From the NCBI GenBank assembly GCA_041671225.1, contig JBAZBY010000001.1, forward strand, positions 174,940-238,939: a stretch of DNA of 64,000 bases, given 5' to 3'. The notes under the pieces were generated by a model that searched no databases, was not told where the DNA came from, and worked only from the letters and a program-made list of their open reading frames with translations. This document shows, one piece after another, positions 54,186 to 63,864 of this stretch; position 1 is the first letter of the stretch; every line of letters starts with the position of its first letter. The position numbers and the translations under genes were made by a program. The stretch is from Patescibacteria group bacterium (GTDB lineage: Bacteria; Patescibacteriota; Patescibacteriia; JBAZBY01).

Positions 54186-55607
54186 CTAGCGGCGCTCTGC
54201 CGCAACCAGGTCGTCGTACATGCGCTGCCCGGCAGGCGTCGGATACCGGCCGGTGATGCAGCCTTCGCAGAAGCTTCTCGGATTCACACCGAGCTTCTTC
54301 AGCACGGCACGCTGCATTGCGACAGTTCCGTAGAACACGTCGTTCACGCCAAGATCTCGTGCCATCGCAGCCGTATCCACATGAACGCCCTGTTTGAGAT
54401 ATCGTCGTGCAGCGAGCTTGTCAAAGCTCTTGAGATCGATGCCGTAGTAGCAGGAGCCGATGACCGGCGGATAACCGAACACCAGACTCAAACCCGAAGG
54501 CACACCGTCTCTCTTGAGCATGGCCACAAGCTCCCTCATGGTCAGGCCGCGTACCTTGGAGTCATCCACGATGGTGGCATGCTTCCCGCGCATCCGCATC
54601 CTGCTGACCGCGTACTTCTCGCCTGCACTGCGCTTGCGGCGCCCGACGGACGTGATGAACGTTCTGCCGGTATGCATGCGCCGGATGCCGAACACAACAG
54701 GCACACCCAGCCCCTCTGCCACCCCTTCCGCAAGCGGAATGGATGAGTCGGGTACTGGGACGACCATCTCTGTGGCATACCCCTGCAATGCAAGCATGCT
54801 ACCGATGCGCTCACCAAGGTAGAACCGAAACTCCTCCACGGAAACACCGAAGATTGTGGAAGAGACTCCGGCGAAGTAGTGGAGTTCAAACCCACACTGT
54901 GCAAGACGCACTGCCGGCTTCCCTGCAACCGTCAAGGCACCGCGGTCAGAAAGCTCCACGATCTCACCGGGACCGATCTCGCGCATGGTGTGAACGCCGA
55001 TCTTCTCCAGAGCCCAGCTCTCACTGGCAACGGCATAGAAGACCTTTGCGTCTTCTCCGATGCCTTCACCCACCCATAGCGGACGGAAGCCGAACCGATC
55101 CCGGAACGCAAACAACCGCTTGCCGTCCATGATGATGGCAGAACAAGCGCCGTCATACGTCTCCAGGAATCGTTCAATGGCTCGCACCGGGAGCGACCCT
55201 TCGTTGGTACCGACGATGTGTTTGAGAATGGCCTCTGCTTCCGTACTGGAACGCCGGTACGGCACCCCTTCCTGCAGTTCCGCGAGTGACGGCGTATCAC
55301 CGTTCTCAACGATCCACAGTCGGCGGCCGGGACGATCCGCATACGTCGGCTGCGCATCTTCATTGCCGTTGCCGCCGCTCGTCTGGTACCGTCCGTGCGC
55401 AATACAGCAGAACCCTTCCAGTTTCCGAACCACCTCGGGGTGATCCAGTGGCAAGCGCCCTTCTCCCTCGATGTAGGGATAGGTCCGGATGCCATTCCAC
55501 ACAACGGCTCCACGCGTATCGTCGCCTCGATTGCGGACCGCGCGCAGGGCGCGGATCGCAAGCCTCGCGGCCTCCACATGGCCCTGAACGCCAACGATTC
55601 CGCACAT
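54186..55607 (-). CDS. purF: Amidophosphoribosyltransferase (divergent, Fe-S type)
   Basis: N-terminal MCGIVG, RDRFGFRPL, PVPDS, RTFI, VDDSKVRGLT, CYYGID, CEGCITGRYP. Confidence 0.88.
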   Translation of the reverse strand: MCGIVGVQGHVEAARLAIRALRAVRNRGDDTRGAVVWNGIRTYPYIEGEGRLPLDHPEVVRKLEGFCCIAHGRYQTSGGNGNEDAQPTYADRPGRRLWIVENGDTPSLAELQEGVPYRRSSTEAEAILKHIVGTNEGSLPVRAIERFLETYDGACSAIIMDGKRLFAFRDRFGFRPLWVGEGIGEDAKVFYAVASESWALEKIGVHTMREIGPGEIVELSDRGALTVAGKPAVRLAQCGFELHYFAGVSSTIFGVSVEEFRFYLGERIGSMLALQGYATEMVVPVPDSSIPLAEGVAEGLGVPVVFGIRRMHTGRTFITSVGRRKRSAGEKYAVSRMRMRGKHATIVDDSKVRGLTMRELVAMLKRDGVPSGLSLVFGYPPVIGSCYYGIDLKSFDKLAARRYLKQGVHVDTAAMARDLGVNDVFYGTVAMQRAVLKKLGVNPRSFCEGCITGRYPTPAGQRMYDDLVAAERR

Positions 55608-55770
55608 AGGCGTGCTTTCCTTTCTCCGCAAACGCGGAAATCCCCTGGACCGTATTGTCCAAAGAGCAACGCTCTCCCCACGATTGAGGAGTGCTTTACC
55701 TTATCACTCAGGTACCGGCAGCGTCAAAGTCTTGCGTGGATTTAAAGCTTGTGGTACCGTCTGTTTTGCT

Positions 55771-56040
55771 ATGCCAATCAAAAAAGCATCAATCAAAGAC
55801 CTCAAACAGTCAAAAGCACGACAGGATAAAAACCGTCGTGTGAAGACGAGTATCCGCCGCCAGATCAAGGAACTGCGCAGTGCGGCAAAAGAGCAGGACA
55901 AAAAAAAGGCCAGCGATATTCTTGCCAAAACAATTAAGGCAATGGATACGGCTGTGAGTAACGGTGTGCTTAAAAAAAACACCGCCGCGCGCAACATATC
56001 GCGCCTGACCAAACTCGTGAACGGTCTCAAAAAAATCTAA
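55771..56040 (+). CDS. rpsT: 30S ribosomal protein S20
   Basis: MPIKKASIKDLKQS..KKNTAARNISRL. Confidence 0.93.
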   Translation: MPIKKASIKDLKQSKARQDKNRRVKTSIRRQIKELRSAAKEQDKKKASDILAKTIKAMDTAVSNGVLKKNTAARNISRLTKLVNGLKKI

Positions 56041-57014
56041 ATAGCGAGTGGGATAAGGAGTCGTTCGAGTAATATCCGGGGATCCACCCGGCTGGTTTTC
56101 ATTGTGTATTCAGCACCGAGAAGATTGTGATGGAGTGTAATGAGCGCCGCAAGTGAAAAACGGCTGCTTTGTTCTAATACCTTCCGCGCAACAAAAGGGT
56201 GCACGCCAAGATCGCGCACAAGGACATCGGCCGTGGGCCGCTCCATTGCCTTTGCGCCAAGTAACAGCCGAACATGCCGGCCGAGCATCGCAAAGAGATA
56301 TGCAGGCGTCTCCCCGTTCGCAAAATGATCTTCAAGAATCGCAAGCGCGCGCTTGCCCCTTCCTTCGCCCAGTGCATCGGTAAGCGCAAATATGTTGACG
56401 TCAAGCTGCCCAACAGTCATCTCACCAACCATCTCTTCTGTAATGGGCGCCCCGGCAGCCCGGGCGGCAAGTTTATCAAGCTCATGTGCGAGCATCCACG
56501 TGTCATCTCCGCATGCTGCAAGTAAGCGTATCATCGCAGCTTCTTCACAGCTCGCATCGGCATCATCAAGGCGGCGCTTTGCCCAGATTTTACGTTCTCG
56601 CGGCGTGAAAGGGGGAAACGGTTCATGCTTCACGCTTTTGTTTTTGGTAAGCGCGGCAAGATATTTTGTGATACCTACGGGAATGCGGTCCTTTGTTTTT
56701 TCTGTCGTCAATTCCGGCTCAACAAGAAGCAACACGACTTCTTCTGGTAATGTCACATGCGCAAAAAATTCCGTAAGCTGCTTGAGCACTGCAGCCTTTG
56801 CCTTACTCGCGCGATCCAATACGATCATTCGGTTAGACGTAAAAAGCCCTGCCGTGCGCGTCTGGCCGATCACTTCATCTATTGTCGCTTCTGAACCAGA
56901 AAGCACGGCAATGTTATTCCCATGCTCGTCGTATTTTTTACGAAAGGCCTCAATAAGTTGGCGCTTTCTTTCAAAAACGCGGTAACTATCCGGACCGGTA
57001 AGTAACAGTATCAT
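56037..57014 (-). CDS. holA: DNA polymerase III delta subunit
   Basis: MILLLTGPDSY, ELDKL, IFALTDAL, GVHPFVARK. Confidence 0.9.
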   Translation of the reverse strand: MILLLTGPDSYRVFERKRQLIEAFRKKYDEHGNNIAVLSGSEATIDEVIGQTRTAGLFTSNRMIVLDRASKAKAAVLKQLTEFFAHVTLPEEVVLLLVEPELTTEKTKDRIPVGITKYLAALTKNKSVKHEPFPPFTPRERKIWAKRRLDDADASCEEAAMIRLLAACGDDTWMLAHELDKLAARAAGAPITEEMVGEMTVGQLDVNIFALTDALGEGRGKRALAILEDHFANGETPAYLFAMLGRHVRLLLGAKAMERPTADVLVRDLGVHPFVARKVLEQSSRFSLAALITLHHNLLGAEYTMKTSRVDPRILLERLLIPLAI

Positions 57015-57105
57015 AGGGCTTGTATCTTGACATGCTGGCGTGCGTCTGTAAATGTTGCGGTAGATTCACCCGATCTTTCCACCCTGCGAGCTGGAGGGCT
57101 CTGCA

Positions 57106-57372
57106 ATGCGCTACTGTCCATCATGTCAGCAGCCGCTCCCGGAAAGCGGCACATGCCAGACCCTAAAATGCCAACAGGCCACAGCCCTTGGCAAGGGTCA
57201 ATGCTCTCTTTGCGACTCCGCACTCCACGAAGGCCACTGTCCCGCATGCGAACACGTATCGGCAGTAACAACGTCGCGCGTGTGCGCCACACACCACGTC
57301 CAGCTCGCGCCGGACGGAACCTGCCCCCACTGCGAAGGGGTCTGCCTCAGCGCACTGCTGGGGACAGCCTGA
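57106..57372 (+). CDS. Cys-rich multi zinc-ribbon protein
   Basis: CPSC..C-x4-C, CSLC..CPAC, CATH..CPHC; SD GGAGGG. Confidence 0.7.
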   Translation: MRYCPSCQQPLPESGTCQTLKCQQATALGKGQCSLCDSALHEGHCPACEHVSAVTTSRVCATHHVQLAPDGTCPHCEGVCLSALLGTA

Positions 57373-57383
57373 AAGGAATGACG

Positions 57384-57635
57384 ATGGATTCTTTGCTCTT
57401 CTACCGCGGACGGCTTCTGTGCATCGAAGTGGACGAAAGTGGCATGCCGGAAGCGATCCCAATGGGATTCAACCCCGGTCAGCGCCTCCTCCGGCGTCGG
57501 AGGGCATCACGGCACCTCAAACCCTCTCGACTCGAGGAAGGACTCGCCATATCCACATTGGATGAGGAAACAACCGGACTCCTGGATCTCGCAGAAGGTC
57601 CGCCGATTGCTACGCCTCCTCCTCGCATGAAGTGA
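57384..57635 (+). CDS. Small hypothetical protein
   Basis: AAGGA SD right after the upstream stop; followed by a terminator. Confidence 0.55.
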   Translation: MDSLLFYRGRLLCIEVDESGMPEAIPMGFNPGQRLLRRRRASRHLKPSRLEEGLAISTLDEETTGLLDLAEGPPIATPPPRMK

Positions 57636-57665
57636 CAGATCACAACCTCGTTCTCTCCGCACTCC

Positions 57666-57707
57666 GCGCCGACCCCTGGGCTTCTCCCTTGGGTCGGCGC
57701 TTCTTTT
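57666..57707 (+). terminator. Intrinsic terminator
   Basis: GCGCCGACCC / GGGTCGGCGC then TTCTTTT. Confidence 0.75.
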
Positions 57708-57765
57708 AATCCTCTTCTTTACTGAAAATGATGATCCGCCGAAGTCTACACTGTGAATAAACAGA

Positions 57766-60495
57766 TTACAGTGGGCTCATCTCACCCCAATTCTTCCCCA
57801 CCTCTGCATCCACAATGATCGGCACAGGGAGCTTCATCGCCTTCTCCATTTTTTCTTCAACAAAAGCCGCGACCTTCTTCACATCACCTTCTGGCACTTC
57901 AAGAACAAGTTCGTCATGCACCTGCAAAATCATGCGCGCCTTCTGAGAAACATTATGAAGCTCTGCATACACATCCACCATCGCCTTCTTCATGAGATCC
58001 GCAGCCGTACCCTGGAGCGGCATATTCACCGCCATGCGCTCTGCGGCGGAGCGGAGCATGCCATTGGAACTATCAATTTCCGGCAACGGCCTGCGACGCC
58101 CAAAAAGCGTCTCTGCATACTTGTTCCGCTTCGCGAATCGTTTTGCATCCTCCAGCCACTTTGCAAGCCCCGTGTACACGGCAAAGTACTGCTCAATGAA
58201 ATCCCGCGCCTCATTCAGCGGAATACCCGCGCCCTTTGCGAGGCCGAACATTCCCTGTCCATAGAGCACGCCGAAGTTCACCGCCTTGGCAGCATAGCGC
58301 TGCTCTTTTGTGACCTCATCAAGCGGAACGTTCCACACGCGCGCTGCGGTTGCCGCATGAATATCTTCGCCCTTCTTAAAACTTTCCAACATCGCTGCAT
58401 CCTGAGAAACCGCGGCCGCAAGACGCAATTCAATTTGTGAATAATCACAAGAAAGAAGGCGCATACCTTGCGGAGCAATAAAGGCATTACGAATCTCACG
58501 CCCAAGTTCCGTGCGCACCGGAATATTCTGCAAGTTTGGATTCTGGGAAGAAAGCCGCCCCGTTGCTGCCACGACCTGATTATAACTGGTGTGAATGCGT
58601 TTTGTTCGTTTGTGCACCAACTCGGGCAAGGCATCAAGATACGTGGAAACGAGCTTTGAAAGCTCCCGAAACTCCATGATCATATCAATGATCGGGTGCT
58701 TGCCTTGAAGCTTTTCAAGTTCACTTGCTCGCGTCGAAATGCCGGTCTTTGTATGCCCTAAACCGCTGATAGGAATCTGCATCTTTTGAAAAAGCACTTC
58801 CTGAAGCTGTGACGGCGAATTGATATTGAATTCCACGCCTGCTGCCGTATAAATATCCTGCTCAATCGCCTTGAGGCGCTTTGTGTGTTTTGCGGAGAGT
58901 TTTTTTAAAAAAGTTACATCAACATCCACACCGTTCCGTTCCATATGCGCAAGAACCAGAATCAGCGGCATTTCTATCTCATGAAAAAGTTTCATGAGTC
59001 CTTTTTCTTCCAGTTGCGGCGCGAACTTCTGATACAAACGGAAGGTGTAATCCGCATCTTCCGCCGCATACGGTCCAACCTTCTCAAGTGGCACATCTAG
59101 CATCGTGAGCTGATCCTTCCCCTTCTTGCCGATCAGATCTTCTATCGGTTGCATCTCATATCCGAATTCGCCGAAGACAAGAGTATCCAGCTTGTGCGAC
59201 CGCGAACCGGGATTCAAAAGATATGAAGCGACCATGGTATCAAACGCAACGCCTTTCATGCTGCTGCAGTATCCGTACAGCACTTTAATATCAAACTTGA
59301 GGTTATGTCCGACCTTTTGGATTCGCTCATTCTCAAAAAATGCTTGCAATAATTTAAGCCAATTCGGGTGCTTACGCACGTGCACAAAATATGCTTCCCC
59401 GGCCTTCCATGCGAGGCTAATGCCGATAAGGTCTGCATCGATCGTTTCAAGGCTGTCTGTTTCGGTATCAATCGCCACGACCTTCTGCTTCATGAGCTCG
59501 CCATACATCTTCTGGAACGTTGCATCATCATCGACAAGAATGTAGTTGTGCGTGCCCGTACCCGGCTTTGCGCGCGGTGTCGCTGCTATTGCCGCTGCGT
59601 CACCGTTTGAACCGGGAAGCTGGCCAACCAAACTGCGGAACTCAAGCTCTTGCAAAAGGCTCACTACCTTCGCGCGGTCATATTCTGCAAGCTCCGCATC
59701 CTGCAGCGTGAAATCGATCTTCATGTCCGTAATGATCGTCGCGAGTTTGTATGACTCGAATGCATCCTTCTTGGAGTCAAGAAGCAGGCGCTGAACGCGC
59801 TCGGGGAACGATGCAAATTTTTTTGATTTTTTCTCAAGTGCATCATACATCTTCTCCACTGTGCCAAATGCGGCAAGCAGCTCCGTTGCTGTTTTATCAC
59901 CAATACCTTTTACGCCCGGAATGTTATCTGAGCTATCACCCTTGAGCGCCTTATAATCAATGACCTGCTCAGGCTTAAAACCATATTTTTCAATGAACGC
60001 CTTGCCATCCATCACGGATGACTCCGTTGGGTGGCGACGTGCTTTAAAGATCGTGATCTTGGGATCAATCAACTGAAATGCATCCATGTCCGATGTGACG
60101 ATAACCGTCTCGTCTGCAAGATGTCTCTTTGCTATCGTGCCGATGATGTCATCTGCCTCAAAGCCCTTCTGTTCAAGAATAGGAATATTGAGTGCCTCCA
60201 CAAGTTCGCGTACGCGAGGGATCTGCTCAAACATATCGTCTGGCATCTTCTCGCGCGTGGATTTGTAATCCGCTGAAATAGCATCACGGAACGTCTCTCC
60301 CTCCACATCAAACGCCACCATAAGATACTGCGGTTTCAGTTCACGAATGACGCGGAACAGGATAGCGGCAAAACCATACACCGCATTCACCTGCTCGCCT
60401 TTTTTTGTGGTGAGCGGCGGAATAGCGTGGAATGCCTGATACATCAGGGCATGGCCGTCGATGATCGCAAGACGGGTCTTGGTTTTTTTTGCCAT
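57766..60495 (-). CDS. polA: DNA polymerase I
   Basis: IDGHAL, EADDIIGT, DTET, DYSQIELR, QVHDEL; likely start MAKKTK at 60495. Confidence 0.98.
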   Translation of the reverse strand: MAKKTKTRLAIIDGHALMYQAFHAIPPLTTKKGEQVNAVYGFAAILFRVIRELKPQYLMVAFDVEGETFRDAISADYKSTREKMPDDMFEQIPRVRELVEALNIPILEQKGFEADDIIGTIAKRHLADETVIVTSDMDAFQLIDPKITIFKARRHPTESSVMDGKAFIEKYGFKPEQVIDYKALKGDSSDNIPGVKGIGDKTATELLAAFGTVEKMYDALEKKSKKFASFPERVQRLLLDSKKDAFESYKLATIITDMKIDFTLQDAELAEYDRAKVVSLLQELEFRSLVGQLPGSNGDAAAIAATPRAKPGTGTHNYILVDDDATFQKMYGELMKQKVVAIDTETDSLETIDADLIGISLAWKAGEAYFVHVRKHPNWLKLLQAFFENERIQKVGHNLKFDIKVLYGYCSSMKGVAFDTMVASYLLNPGSRSHKLDTLVFGEFGYEMQPIEDLIGKKGKDQLTMLDVPLEKVGPYAAEDADYTFRLYQKFAPQLEEKGLMKLFHEIEMPLILVLAHMERNGVDVDVTFLKKLSAKHTKRLKAIEQDIYTAAGVEFNINSPSQLQEVLFQKMQIPISGLGHTKTGISTRASELEKLQGKHPIIDMIMEFRELSKLVSTYLDALPELVHKRTKRIHTSYNQVVAATGRLSSQNPNLQNIPVRTELGREIRNAFIAPQGMRLLSCDYSQIELRLAAAVSQDAAMLESFKKGEDIHAATAARVWNVPLDEVTKEQRYAAKAVNFGVLYGQGMFGLAKGAGIPLNEARDFIEQYFAVYTGLAKWLEDAKRFAKRNKYAETLFGRRRPLPEIDSSNGMLRSAAERMAVNMPLQGTAADLMKKAMVDVYAELHNVSQKARMILQVHDELVLEVPEGDVKKVAAFVEEKMEKAMKLPVPIIVDAEVGKNWGEMSPL

Positions 60496-60532
60496 GACCT
60501 TATTGTACACGCACACGCGTGTCGACGGAAAT

Positions 60533-62629
60533 CTATGCGGAGATGTTGCGCGCTCCGCGGCGGTGCAGCACAAAAAAGACGCCGCCGATGGCGAGCATGA
60601 GCGCGGAAAGCACCAATGCGAGCATGGTCGTTGGTTTAATGGTAAAGGGCTCCTCTGCATGGAGTTCTGTTGTCGTTGCGGCAACGGGTGCCGTCTCAGC
60701 AGGAGACGCCTCATCAGTTGCGGCAAGCACCGCGCCCTTCTGCTCTACGATGTCATCAATGCTGCGCGGAAGAAATTCGTCGTCCAGAAAGAATCCGGTC
60801 ACGGTGATGCCATCCCCGACAAGAAGCGACGCGAGATCGATCCCCGTGCCGCTCTTCACGCGCACGGCAATTGGCCCGGCATCTGTGGCGAGCGTCATGA
60901 GCGTCCGCTGCTTCTTCTCCACCGTACCGCTCACGGTCTCCACGACAGACTCAGACGCCACTGCGTCACTCACCTCAACGCCGCCATCCCGCCCGAGATT
61001 CACCTTCACGCCACTCTGGTCCATGCCGATGACGCCGCGAACGGTCACCACATCATCAAGCGCAAGCTCCGGGAAACGATCCGTGCTGGAGTACACGCGC
61101 ACCAATGCATCGCCCTCGGCAATGTACAGCGTGTGGCTTGCGATCTGGCCCGGCAAAGCAATCACCACGCCAGAAACGGCGACCTTCTCGTTACGGTCCA
61201 GAGATGCAAGGTCAGCAATGCGGCGTGAGGCAAAGCCGTCAGTCTCCGGCGTGATGGCAGCATCCTCCGTTTCCGCATCGATTTTCTCAGACTCCTCATT
61301 TTCTTCGCCGCTCCATTGCCAATGCGTGGATGCTCCATCGCGGAGAAATATCTGATCCTCCGGGGCCGTGCCGAACTCCACGCCGTTCACCTTCTTCCCG
61401 AAGGGATCAATGAGATGGACAACATCCCCGGTATTGTTGAGCATGATGCGGCTCTCTGTGCGCATGATGCGCAGCGTTGCGCCGGACTTCAGCGGGGTAC
61501 TTGCTGCGAGCGTGAACGTCCTACTTCCATCACTCACGGACCATCCATAAAGGTCCACGGTCTTTGCGGCGAAATTCGTTATCTCAACATACTCGCCGGC
61601 AGTATCATCCCCCGGCGGATTCGGAAGCACGGCCGTCAACAGAACATGCGCTGACGTCATCGGTTCTTGGTTTTGGGATTGGGGTGCGGAGTCTTTTGGT
61701 GTTTTGTCGCTTGGTGAGGTATTCGTATTGCTGTTCGTGTTATCAGGCGGAGTTTCGCCGGACGGCGTCTCTCCATCATCTTGCGTAACCGGCGCATTGT
61801 TTTGCACAAAAACCTGAAGCGTCTGCGTTGCAGATGCGCGACCATCACTCACGGTGCAGGAAAGCAAAAATTCGCCTTCTCGTGCGAAGGTCCGTACAAA
61901 CGTTGCTCCGGTGCCGGATGCAGAACCATCCACACTCCAGGAAATAGCCAGCACATCGTTATCCGCATCTGTGGCTTCTGCAGTAAAAGTTGCTGATGTG
62001 CCGACGATCACCTCATCCGGACCCACGCACGCCACATCCGGCGCTTGGTTGGAATTCTCTACCTTTGGCGTTGCAAAAAACCCTTCCACGTCCGCATTGG
62101 CGCTTGCTGTATGCCATGCCTCCGCCGTATCCCCCGGCAGGTCAACGCGATGCCTCTCCATGGATGCCCAATTGCTTCCGCTTGCATACTCACCGGCGAA
62201 CGGAATGCCGATGCCTTCATCCGCAACATCCACCACTGCTCCACCCGCATCGTATAAGTGAAGCAGGAGCTTGGAATTTACGAGCGAGACGGCAGGATCC
62301 ACCACATCCGGCTCCACCATAAGCGCGCTGTTTGCATCCCCGTTCGCATAATTCGCGATAAGGAAGAAGCCGTGCGCCGGAATGGTCTTTCCCGGCAATA
62401 CGAGCATCTCCGTCTCCACGTCGTTGGAGAGCTTGGTGATGCGCCAACCGGAAAGATCGATGTCACTGTCCGTTGTATTGAGGAGCTCTATCCATTCATC
62501 CTGCGCGCTCGCAGGTGAACCCATCCACAGGAGTTCATTGATAATGACGTGAGAAGTTGTTGCCTGCGCAGGCAAAATCCAGACCAATAAAAACACCATC
62601 GCCACGAGAACAAGAATACGTACGTACAT
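60533..62629 (-). CDS. Surface protein with two lamin-tail domains, PKD-like and OB-fold regions, C-terminal TM
   Basis: VIINELLW..DEWIELLN..DLSGW; VLPNPPGDDTAGEYVEITN..LNNTGD; signal peptide and C-terminal anchor. Confidence 0.87.
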   Translation of the reverse strand: MYVRILVLVAMVFLLVWILPAQATTSHVIINELLWMGSPASAQDEWIELLNTTDSDIDLSGWRITKLSNDVETEMLVLPGKTIPAHGFFLIANYANGDANSALMVEPDVVDPAVSLVNSKLLLHLYDAGGAVVDVADEGIGIPFAGEYASGSNWASMERHRVDLPGDTAEAWHTASANADVEGFFATPKVENSNQAPDVACVGPDEVIVGTSATFTAEATDADNDVLAISWSVDGSASGTGATFVRTFAREGEFLLSCTVSDGRASATQTLQVFVQNNAPVTQDDGETPSGETPPDNTNSNTNTSPSDKTPKDSAPQSQNQEPMTSAHVLLTAVLPNPPGDDTAGEYVEITNFAAKTVDLYGWSVSDGSRTFTLAASTPLKSGATLRIMRTESRIMLNNTGDVVHLIDPFGKKVNGVEFGTAPEDQIFLRDGASTHWQWSGEENEESEKIDAETEDAAITPETDGFASRRIADLASLDRNEKVAVSGVVIALPGQIASHTLYIAEGDALVRVYSSTDRFPELALDDVVTVRGVIGMDQSGVKVNLGRDGGVEVSDAVASESVVETVSGTVEKKQRTLMTLATDAGPIAVRVKSGTGIDLASLLVGDGITVTGFFLDDEFLPRSIDDIVEQKGAVLAATDEASPAETAPVAATTTELHAEEPFTIKPTTMLALVLSALMLAIGGVFFVLHRRGARNISA

Positions 62630-62859
62630 AAAACGATGGCCACCAGTGCCACCGTATGTTCCCCGTTTCGCCGGGAAGGGTCTCTCTTTATAAAGTTTTA
62701 GTGGCCCCCGAAAGGGCCACCAAAACAGGTCTCTACAGGCCAGTATAAAAAAACACCCTCGCGGTGTCAAGGGGGGAGTGAAGGCAGGTCAAGAGGAGTA
62801 TTGGGGGCCCGCCAGAAATGGGGGCCCCGCAGGGGTATGAAGAAATGGCCACCGAGTCG

Positions 62860-63864
62860 CTAGGCGTTCAACGAACCGCACATCGCGAGGTAGGAATCCT
62901 CCTCGAACAGCGCCGAGATGGAATCCTCGTCACCGCGAATCGCCCGGATAGCAAGTGCAAGGAGCTTGGCGACGGTACAGACCTTGAACTTCTCAGGAAG
63001 TTCCTCCGGACGATGGAGATAGATGGTATCCGTCACCAGAATCTCGGTCAGTGCCGCACACTCGTCCAGACGCTTCACGGCATCGCCGATGAGCTTCGCA
63101 TGCGTGACAACGACACGCACAGACAGCGCGCCGCGCTCAATCAACGCTTCAGCAGCCTTGATCAGCGAGCTTCCCGTAGCCGACTCGTCCTCCACGATGA
63201 AGCAGTGCCTGCCCTTCGGATCTCCCAGAACGCCACTGCTCGTGAGCGTGTCGCCTTCCCGTGCCTTGTGCACGATGATGAGCGGCGCGTCAAGACGCTT
63301 GGAGTACGAATTGATGATCTTGCCGCCGCCGATGTCCGCAGACGCGACCGAAAGCATGGGGAGTCCACGATTCCGAATCTCGCCAAGGAACACCGGACGA
63401 ACGTAGAGGTGATCACAGCGCACTCCCGGGCCTGGGAAAGACTGCTCCTGGGCAGCGTGCAGATCGAGGAACACGAGACGGTCAACGCCAGCCGTTGCGG
63501 CGAGATCGATCATCAGTTTCGAGGTAACCGCGACGCGTGACGTGTCCTTGCGATCCATCCGTGTCCCGAGCAGGTACGGAATGACCGCAATGACGCTGCT
63601 CGCCGAAGCATCACGTGCCGCACGCGCGAGCATGAACAGCTCGCCAGCGTTATCCCAACTGGACTTCGGCGTCGCGTTCGTTGGTTGAATGAGTACCACA
63701 TCGCGACCACGGACATTGTCCTCGAGCCGTGCGTATGGCTCGTTGTCCTTGAACGGCCTTACGTTTGCCGCGCCAAGCGTAACGCCGAGGTACCGACACA
63801 CCTCTAACGCAAGTGGCCTGTTCGCAGTTCCCGTGAAGATGCGCAGATCTGCATGGTTTTTCAA
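62860..63864 (-). CDS. prs: Ribose-phosphate pyrophosphokinase-like protein (divergent)
   Basis: IFTGTANRPLA, FKDNE, NVRGRDV, DLHAAQ, THA, VTDTI; SD AGGAGGG before a TTG start. Confidence 0.85.
   Translation of the reverse strand: MKNHADLRIFTGTANRPLALEVCRYLGVTLGAANVRPFKDNEPYARLEDNVRGRDVVLIQPTNATPKSSWDNAGELFMLARAARDASASSVIAVIPYLLGTRMDRKDTSRVAVTSKLMIDLAATAGVDRLVFLDLHAAQEQSFPGPGVRCDHLYVRPVFLGEIRNRGLPMLSVASADIGGGKIINSYSKRLDAPLIIVHKAREGDTLTSSGVLGDPKGRHCFIVEDESATGSSLIKAAEALIERGALSVRVVVTHAKLIGDAVKRLDECAALTEILVTDTIYLHRPEELPEKFKVCTVAKLLALAIRAIRGDEDSISALFEEDSYLAMCGSLNA

Noticed and set aside
62630-62740. c-di-GMP or other known riboswitch
   Set aside because: The core consensus was not recognisable, so it was kept only as an unassigned structured leader.
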